Translations under genes and position numbers: made by a program
Shown: piece by piece, positions 57,568-64,000 of the stretch
Layout: every line of letters starts with the position of its first letter
Numbering within the stretch: position 1 is the stretch's first letter
Notes under the pieces: model-generated
What the model was told of the DNA's origin: nothing
What the model saw: only the letters and a program-made list of their open reading frames with translations
The model's database searches: none
Assembly (NCBI GenBank): GCA_902599555.1
Contig: CACKFQ010000002.1
Span: 15,235 to 79,234, forward strand
Source of the DNA: an uncultured Candidatus Actinomarina sp.
GTDB lineage: Bacteria; Actinomycetota; Acidimicrobiia; Actinomarinales; Actinomarinaceae
Direction of reading: 5' to 3'
DNA length: 64,000 nt

Positions 57568-58100
57568 ATTCTCCTCAATATAAGAATTTTACTTTGCCCA
57601 TAGTTTTTTTCCCTGTGTAATTCATAATTTTTTGAAAACTTTACATCCTCAGAAGCTTTGTGTCTATGAATAATTAAAAGCCCATTATCAATTAAGATAT
57701 TCTCTATGATTAAAACTTCTTCATCTACTTGATTTGCATCAAGTTCAAAAGGAGGATCATAAAAAATTAGATCATATTTATTAATAGAATTTTGAATAAA
57801 AGAATTAACTGGCGAATTTACGATACTTAGGTTACTTGACATTTTTTCTACGTTTTTCTTAAGTATTAAAATGCATTCTTTAGAGAGCTCAACAAATGTA
57901 ACATAATTTGCTCCCCTACTTAATGCTTCAATGCCTAAACTTCCAGAACCAGAATATAAATCAAGAACATCTTTGTCTTCAACCATGAACTGAATTGAGT
58001 TAAAAATTGATTCCCTCACTTTACTCATCATTGGTCTTGTATCAGCGTTATTAATTGTTTCAATCTTTTTAGACTTGTAAATACCTGCCAAAACTCTCAT
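57564..58100 (-). CDS. rsmD: 16S rRNA (guanine966-N2)-methyltransferase
   Basis: 'LDLYSGSGSLGIEALSRGA', 'DPPF', 'YG'. Confidence 0.94.
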   Translation of the reverse strand: MRVLAGIYKSKKIETINNADTRPMMSKVRESIFNSIQFMVEDKDVLDLYSGSGSLGIEALSRGANYVTFVELSKECILILKKNVEKMSSNLSIVNSPVNSFIQNSINKYDLIFYDPPFELDANQVDEEVLIIENILIDNGLLIIHRHKASEDVKFSKNYELHREKNYGQSKILILRRI

Positions 58101-60223
58101 GTAGTACCATCTGCTTGAAAATAATTTGGAAATAATAATTTTGCTTCTTCAAATACTTTATTCGAAGAATTTAAACTATTGATATCATCATAAATTTCTT
58201 TGGATTGAATAAGTAAACCATAATCAAAACGTAAATCAGCAATTTTTAAATCAGACCTACCTGATTGGTTTTTACCAGTTACCTTTCCTTCACCGCGAAT
58301 TTCTAAATCTATCTCTGATAATTTAAATCCATCACTCATTGTTGATATAGCCTCTAATCTTTTCACACCCTCTTCACTGATAGTGCTGAGAGATTTTTTA
58401 TTCGTAATGTGAAAAATACACTCTGATTGTTTTTCTCCTCTACCTACTCTTCCTCTGAGCTGGTGCAGTTGATTAAGACCAAATCTTTCTGCGCTTTCAA
58501 TAATCATTAGTGAGGCATTTGGAATGTCTATACCAACCTCTATAACTACAGTAGAGACAAGTATGTCTATAGAGCCGTCCTGCATTGATCGCATTATATT
58601 TTCTTTTTCCTCATAAGACATCTTTCCATGTAGAAGAACAACCTTGTAATCCGAAAATTTTTTAGAATATTCCAAAAAAACTTTTTCTGCTGCCTGTATA
58701 TCAGAAGACTCACTCTCTTCTATATAGGGACAAACTACAAATATTTGCGAATCATCATCTAAATGTTTGTAACACTTTTCAAAAACTTTCTCATTGTCTT
58801 TTTTTAAACCACTATATAAATGTGAAACAATTGGCTTTCTGCCCGGAGGTAATTCATTTATTGAAGATATCTCTAAGTCACCATATATAGATAGAGCAGT
58901 AGTTCTTGGTATTGGAGTTGCAGTCATAACAAGTTGGTCGGGAGTTATATCTGAATCTGATATTAATTTTTTTCTTTGATCAACACCAAATCTCTGTTGC
59001 TCGTCAATAATTACGAGACCTAAATTACTAAAGAATACTTTGTCTTGAATTAAGGCATGAGTACCTATATATAATCCAGGCTTACCATCAGATATATTAT
59101 TCATTACTTTGCTTCTATCTTTGACAGAGGAAGTAAGAAAATTAACCTCTACATCTGAATTTTTTAAAAATGCATTTAATGAATTTAAATGTTGTTCAGC
59201 CAATACTTCCGTTGGGGCCATTAGTGCCACTTGGTAACCGGAATTTATTACAGCATATATAGAAATTGCAGCCACAACTGTCTTTCCTGAGCCAACATCT
59301 CCTTGAAGAAGCCTTTTCATGGGATAATCATTTTTTAAATCTTCTAGAATCTCTTTATAGGCTTTTGTTTGAGATTCTGTGAGTTGAAATGGTAAGTCTG
59401 CAACAAAAGTGTCTATTAATGAATTTTCAAAAATATATTTTGGCCCTTTGTTTTCATTTTTAAATTCAGATTTTAAATTTTCAAATATAGAACGTAAATA
59501 TATAAATTCATCAAGAGCAAGCCTTTCTCTTGCTTTTTGGAATTCTTCAATGGTTTTAGGGAAATGAATTGATTTAAAACTTTCAGTTCTAGAAAAAATT
59601 GAATTTTTATCTACAACCTCACTAGTAAGCATGTCTTCAATTCCAGGTTCAAACTCTTCTTTAGGTGTATCAATGATTGACAATGCGTCTTTTATTGCTT
59701 TTCTTATTACACCACTAGATACACCATCAACTTTTGGATATATAGGAATTAAAGATCCCGTCTCGCTCAGTTCATCTATATCAGCAAATTTTTCAATTGT
59801 GGGATTTTTAAATTCTATTGATCCAGTTTTTTTAATTTCAGGCTTTCCAGAAAGAGCAACATCTTCACCCTCTTTAAATCTTGATTCTATATATTGAGGT
59901 CCAAACCACTTTGCTTTTACCAAGCCTGTACTGTCTTTTATTGAAAGAGTCGTTATCCTTAATCTTGATTTAGTTGTAAATACTGAAACATTACTGATCG
60001 TACCAATCATTGTTACTTCTTTTTCAATATCTGATTGATCAATTTGATTTATTGTTTTTATTTTTGATCTATCAATGTGTTTTCTTGGATAAAATCTAAT
60101 TAAATCGGTAATGGATGATAAATCACTCTTTTTAAGATTTGAATATCTTTTCTCACCAAATCCTTTTAAAGAATCTAACTTTATATTATCTAAGTAACTT
60201 AAACTTCTTTCAACCACTATCAA
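58097..60223 (-). CDS. recG: ATP-dependent DNA helicase RecG
   Basis: 'LLQGDVGSGKT', 'DEQQRFGV', 'MTATPIPRT', 'QLHQLRGRVGRG'. Confidence 0.97.
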   Translation of the reverse strand: MIVVERSLSYLDNIKLDSLKGFGEKRYSNLKKSDLSSITDLIRFYPRKHIDRSKIKTINQIDQSDIEKEVTMIGTISNVSVFTTKSRLRITTLSIKDSTGLVKAKWFGPQYIESRFKEGEDVALSGKPEIKKTGSIEFKNPTIEKFADIDELSETGSLIPIYPKVDGVSSGVIRKAIKDALSIIDTPKEEFEPGIEDMLTSEVVDKNSIFSRTESFKSIHFPKTIEEFQKARERLALDEFIYLRSIFENLKSEFKNENKGPKYIFENSLIDTFVADLPFQLTESQTKAYKEILEDLKNDYPMKRLLQGDVGSGKTVVAAISIYAVINSGYQVALMAPTEVLAEQHLNSLNAFLKNSDVEVNFLTSSVKDRSKVMNNISDGKPGLYIGTHALIQDKVFFSNLGLVIIDEQQRFGVDQRKKLISDSDITPDQLVMTATPIPRTTALSIYGDLEISSINELPPGRKPIVSHLYSGLKKDNEKVFEKCYKHLDDDSQIFVVCPYIEESESSDIQAAEKVFLEYSKKFSDYKVVLLHGKMSYEEKENIMRSMQDGSIDILVSTVVIEVGIDIPNASLMIIESAERFGLNQLHQLRGRVGRGEKQSECIFHITNKKSLSTISEEGVKRLEAISTMSDGFKLSEIDLEIRGEGKVTGKNQSGRSDLKIADLRFDYGLLIQSKEIYDDINSLNSSNKVFEEAKLLFPNYFQADGTT

Positions 60224-60308
60224 ACATTACCTAAAAAGTTTTAAAATGAAAGTACCTACAAATTAATAAATTAGTTATAGTTATAAATGTAATTTAGAGG
60301 AAAATATT

Positions 60309-60545
60309 ATGTCAAATAGATGTCAAGTTACTGGAAGAGAGCCAAGATCAGGTAAACATGTATCTTTTTCTCATAAAAGAAACAATCGATGGTTCAAACC
60401 AAATATTCAAACTAAAAAATACTGGCTTGAAAGTGAAAACCGGTGGGTAAAGCTTAAAGTTAGTACAAAAGGCAATAAAGTAATAGACAAGCGCGGAATT
60501 GAATCTGTTGTTAAAGAAATAAGAAGTAGAGGCGAAAAAGTCTAA
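60309..60545 (+). CDS. rpmB: 50S ribosomal protein L28
   Basis: 'CQVTG', 'VSFSH', 'FKPNIQ'; SD GAGG. Confidence 0.96.
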   Translation: MSNRCQVTGREPRSGKHVSFSHKRNNRWFKPNIQTKKYWLESENRWVKLKVSTKGNKVIDKRGIESVVKEIRSRGEKV

Positions 60546-60760
60546 TGGCTCAGGGTGTTGTAAAATCCTATGACCCAAATACAGGTAATGGAATTATCTT
60601 ACTAGACACAGACAAATCAGAAGTCTTTCTTGCACCCGGATCCTTAAAGGGATCTATTTTTAGAACTCTAAGGCAGGGGCAAAGAGTAAATTTCGATATA
60701 GAAAATAGAGAAGAAGTTTTAACTGTTGTGAATATACGAATCGGACAAGATAAATACTAA
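60545..60760 (+). CDS. Cold-shock/OB-fold domain small protein
   Basis: 'GVVKSYD...G.G.I', 'FRTLRQGQRV.F'; RNP aromatic residues are reduced. Confidence 0.75.
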   Translation: MAQGVVKSYDPNTGNGIILLDTDKSEVFLAPGSLKGSIFRTLRQGQRVNFDIENREEVLTVVNIRIGQDKY

Positions 60761-61969
60761 TTGCATTTAATGTCTATAATAGATTTACAACTTGATAATA
60801 AAGAAATAATACAAAAACATTTTAGTGACCTTTGTTGTGATGATTTCACTTATCCATTTTTGTCTGGTGGACAGTCAAATGCAGATAATGCATTAAATCA
60901 ATTAAACATTGATAAATATGCTACAAAAAGAAACAATGTTTACCCAAAAGATTCAAGAGGTTCATCTTATTTATCCCCCTATATACGACATGGTTTACTT
61001 AGTCTTTCTGATGTATGGAAAGCAGTTGAAAAATTTGAATACAAAGATAGAACTAAATTCCAAGATGAGTTGCTCTGGCAAGAGTTTTCAAGACATTTAT
61101 ATGCAATAGTTGGTAAAAAATCAAGAAAATATCTAAATTACAAAATAGAAAAACCTCAATCGAATGCAAATATTTATAAAAATATGAATTGTGTATCTAC
61201 TATCGAAGAAGAACTGGAAAAAACAGGTTATATGGTTAACCAAACAAGAATGTGGTATGCATCTCATAATTCTTTAAGGGTGGGTAACGACTGGAATCAA
61301 TATGAAGACTATATGTTTCAACATTTATTAGATGGGTCTCGTTTTGCAAACAGGTTAGGATGGCATTGGGTCATGGGATCACAAACAGGAAAGCCTTATG
61401 GGTTTTCCAAATTCCAAGTTGAAAAAAGGGCACCACAATTATGTAATAATTGTGAATTAAAATATGACTGTCCTATTCAAGAATGGCCACAAACAAATAT
61501 TTCTAAAAAATTAAGTAATGATTTTAAAGTAGATGAAGAAAAAGTTTTCGGTCCAAAAAACATAAGAGAAAATAACAGTACTAAACCATCCTTTATATGG
61601 ATTACAGGTGAATCTATCGGAGACAATGATCCAGCAATGAGTCATTATCACGAACTACCAGTAATTTTTATATTTGATATAGAGCTGTTAAGTAAATTGC
61701 AATTATCGACAAAGAGAATTAATTTTTTACTTGATTGCCTTAAAGAAATTAATAACAAAAGGGAGCTCCAAGTACATATAACCAATCCAAATGATTATTT
61801 ACGAAATAAAAATTTTGCATCTACATTTGCACCAGTACCAAAATACAAAAAAATTACAGAAAGAAATATTCCATCTGTAGAATTCCCGGCATTACGACTT
61901 GCAGATCCCATTAATTTTTACCCTACAAGTTTCAGTTCATGGAGAAAAAAGATAAAGTTAAACATATGA
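60761..61969 (+). CDS. Photolyase-family protein with inverted domain order (NewPHL/SPL-like) and a putative Fe-S motif
   Basis: FAD-domain motifs come first ('SYLSPYIRHG', 'ELLWQEF', 'GYMVNQTRMW.AS', 'LLDG...NRLGW.W'), then 'CNNCELKYDCP', then the antenna-like block ('W...ES..D.DPA', 'FIFD', 'KRINFL') at the C-terminus. Confidence 0.85.
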   Translation: MHLMSIIDLQLDNKEIIQKHFSDLCCDDFTYPFLSGGQSNADNALNQLNIDKYATKRNNVYPKDSRGSSYLSPYIRHGLLSLSDVWKAVEKFEYKDRTKFQDELLWQEFSRHLYAIVGKKSRKYLNYKIEKPQSNANIYKNMNCVSTIEEELEKTGYMVNQTRMWYASHNSLRVGNDWNQYEDYMFQHLLDGSRFANRLGWHWVMGSQTGKPYGFSKFQVEKRAPQLCNNCELKYDCPIQEWPQTNISKKLSNDFKVDEEKVFGPKNIRENNSTKPSFIWITGESIGDNDPAMSHYHELPVIFIFDIELLSKLQLSTKRINFLLDCLKEINNKRELQVHITNPNDYLRNKNFASTFAPVPKYKKITERNIPSVEFPALRLADPINFYPTSFSSWRKKIKLNI

Positions 61970-62388
61970 GAAGATATTTAATTTTTACATTCTTGTTTTT
62001 TCACAATTATATTTATATTTATTCAAATGGCAGAATAGGAAAATTTCTACAGGGAAGGCCGTGTTTAATTCTTTTCTCAACTGGAGCCAAGACAAATTTG
62101 TTAAGAAAAAATGTACTTGTGTTCATGAAAGAAGGTAATGAAATTTGTTTAGTAGCATCTAAGGGTGGAAGCCCTACTAATCCAGGCTGGTATCATAATT
62201 TAAAAGCTAACCCTAAATGTGAAATTCAAATTGGAAGAAAGAAATACACTGCAGTCGCAAAAGAAGTATTTGATGAAGAGCGTGAAGACTGGTGGTCAAA
62301 AATGGATTACATGAATAAAGGTGGATATTCCAATTACCAACAGAGAACAAAACGTAAAATACCTGTATTAATTTTAAATTTGTCTTAG
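61966..62388 (+). CDS. Deazaflavin (F420)-dependent nitroreductase family protein (Ddn-like)
   Basis: 'TGAKT', 'VASKGG....P.WYHNLKANP', 'YQQRTKRKIPV'; ATG overlaps the photolyase TGA. Confidence 0.9.
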   Translation: MRRYLIFTFLFFHNYIYIYSNGRIGKFLQGRPCLILFSTGAKTNLLRKNVLVFMKEGNEICLVASKGGSPTNPGWYHNLKANPKCEIQIGRKKYTAVAKEVFDEEREDWWSKMDYMNKGGYSNYQQRTKRKIPVLILNLS

Positions 62389-62441
62389 TCTATTTTTGCG
62401 CCTAAGTCAGTTTTGTAATTTATTTTGAATTTCATCAATGT

Positions 62442-63077
62442 TTAAAGGCTATTAAAAACTGTTTCTATGATATCTATAGATAAATTATCAACGATTAAGT
62501 CAGCTTTATTTAATTCGTCTTCTGAAAATATACCTCTATCAATTGCAACTACATAAGAACCCGATGCCTTTCCAGATGAAATGCCAGGAGGACTGTCTTC
62601 AATAACTATATTCTTAGTAGTTTGAAGTTCACTGATCGCTTTATTATATATATCCGGATATGGTTTATTTCTTTCAACTTGATCACCACCAATAACATAT
62701 GAGAAATAATCAAAAATATTTGCTTTTATTAATTTATTTTTTAATAACTCATAAGGGCTTGCTGAGACACATGCTGACGTCCATCCCCTGTTGTTTGTCT
62801 CCTCGAGTAATATTTTTGCATCTTGAAATAGTAGTTTTTCGTTCAACGTCCCTTCTATAATTTTTCCAAGAGATGCCATGGTTTTCTCAAAGTTTTCTAA
62901 ATCCACATTTTTTGCATAAAAGCTGTGAACCAATCTATCGTCAATACCCACCCATTGTCTAGTTTCCTCTTCAGATATCTCGAGTCCAAAATCACTTAGA
63001 TGTTCTTTCCATGCTAAACCATATGATGTTTCGGTATCCATTAAAGTCCCATCGCAGTCCCAATAAATACCGTTCAT
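62442..63077 (-). CDS. HAD family phosphatase (beta-PGM/CbbY-like)
   Basis: 'WDCDGTLMDTE', 'KPYPD.Y', 'IEDS..G'. Confidence 0.9.
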   Translation of the reverse strand: MNGIYWDCDGTLMDTETSYGLAWKEHLSDFGLEISEEETRQWVGIDDRLVHSFYAKNVDLENFEKTMASLGKIIEGTLNEKLLFQDAKILLEETNNRGWTSACVSASPYELLKNKLIKANIFDYFSYVIGGDQVERNKPYPDIYNKAISELQTTKNIVIEDSPPGISSGKASGSYVVAIDRGIFSEDELNKADLIVDNLSIDIIETVFNSL

Positions 63078-63082
63078 AATTT

Positions 63083-64000
63083 TTAACCTAATTTGCTTTG
63101 TATGTCTTTAGCGCTTTTTAAAGCTATTCCATCTGATCCCTCTGTGCTCCAATGGGTAACACTATTTTTAGCCTCTTCTATCATGTCATTTAAAAGTTCG
63201 AACTTACTTTTACCAATATTTTGCCAAAGATATAATGCATGACTTCCAGGAATTGTATTAACTTCATTTAAATATAAATTTTCATTGTGAAGTAAAAAAT
63301 CAACTCTTGATATTCCTCTTATTTCAATTTGTTCAACGAATAATGTAAGTATTTTTTTAATTTGAGATTCAATTTCTGAACTAATAGTTGCAGGTAATTC
63401 TCTTTTTGATCCTTCTAATCCTCCATTATCAAGATATTTATCATTGTATGAAAACAATTCAAAACTACTTGTCCTAATTGGTTTTTCAATTTCTGAGAAA
63501 TCTAAGTTTGGGTATGTCCTGATTCCAATAAGAAGATCGTTAGAGTTTTCAAGGAATTTTTCTATTGTTGCTCCTTGACTGTAAATTTTTGAATTTCTAG
63601 AGAGTTTTAAAGCTGTTTCGTAGTCTTCAACAACCTCTACCCCGATAGAGGATCCTCCAAATCTAGGTTTTACAATATAAGGTCCAGAAAAATTAGGTTT
63701 GGTATTTTTGCTAACTAAGTGTTTATCTAATACAGGTATTCCAATTTCTTTCATTAATGTAAAGAAAACGTACTTATCCATACCTATCTGGGAAGTAGTC
63801 AATGAGGGACCTGTATAGTTAATATTTAGTAAACTTAATAAACTTTGAAGTGTCCCATCTTCCCCTGGCCCTCCATGACAAGCATTAACTGCTACTTCAA
63901 ATAAAATTTTTTTCTTTTTTAAATAAATTCCTGGCTCAGAATCATATTTTATCGTTAATTCTTTCTTGAAAATATCGTCATTATCAACAAAATCTATTGA
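63083..64000 (-). CDS. ddl: D-alanine--D-alanine ligase family (ATP-grasp); 5' part beyond the window
   Basis: Frame is open to the window end and reads 'CHGGPGEDGTLQ', 'MDK', 'VKPRFGGSSIG', 'RVDF', 'NEVNTIPG'. Confidence 0.9.
   Translation of the reverse strand, partial: SIDFVDNDDIFKKELTIKYDSEPGIYLKKKKILFEVAVNACHGGPGEDGTLQSLLSLLNINYTGPSLTTSQIGMDKYVFFTLMKEIGIPVLDKHLVSKNTKPNFSGPYIVKPRFGGSSIGVEVVEDYETALKLSRNSKIYSQGATIEKFLENSNDLLIGIRTYPNLDFSEIEKPIRTSSFELFSYNDKYLDNGGLEGSKRELPATISSEIESQIKKILTLFVEQIEIRGISRVDFLLHNENLYLNEVNTIPGSHALYLWQNIGKSKFELLNDMIEEAKNSVTHWSTEGSDGIALKSAKDIQSKLG

Noticed and set aside
459-61109. Numerous 60-145 aa ORFs overlapping long genes (e.g. 23291-23698, 40938-41318, 41907-42341, 15657-15986)
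   Set aside because: They lie antisense or out of frame within well-supported genes, have the Ser/Ile/Phe-rich composition typical of shadow frames, and show no motifs.
1-64000. tRNA, rRNA, CRISPR arrays, IS elements
   Set aside because: Intergenic gaps are nearly all under 130 bp, and none shows a cloverleaf, repeat-spacer periodicity or terminal inverted repeats with a transposase by eye; a covariance-model scan would be needed to exclude small RNAs fully.

Overview
AT-rich, very gene-dense chromosomal segment with genes often abutting or overlapping. Gene content (F420 biosynthesis and F420-dependent enzymes, MDMPI family, recG-rsmD-coaD-yceD-rpmF-plsX-rnc-mutM-smc order) points to a streamlined marine actinobacterium, probably Candidatus Actinomarina-like Acidimicrobiia (inference). 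Most of the window is housekeeping: rimP-nusA-infB-rbfA-truB-ribF-rpsO-pnp, rpsB-tsf-pyrH-frr-cdsA-rseP-ispG-proS, a split rpsP-khpA-rimM / trmD-rplS-lepB-rnhB operon, nucleoside salvage, ETF and DNA repair. The first ~15 kb is more accessory. No rRNA, tRNA, CRISPR array, transposase or prophage was seen. Most notable observations: (1) a full-length GAPDH paralogue lacking the catalytic Cys directly abutting an intact gap; (2) a VWA + MoxR/CbbQ-type AAA+ pair whose Walker A/B Mg2+-binding residues appear swapped (GKD / SE); (3) a 5-hmdU DNA kinase (aGPT-Pplase1)-like gene behind a divergent umuD/umuC pair with a palindromic operator; (4) a short SMC with no recognisable hinge; (5) a CofH carrying a decayed CofG domain next to an intact cofG; (6) lepB with no canonical start codon; (7) an uncalled 35-aa membrane protein; (8) tandem ARG boxes and several cis-RNA leaders; (9) widespread leaderless promoter architecture. 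All family calls come from motif recognition by eye, not database searches.
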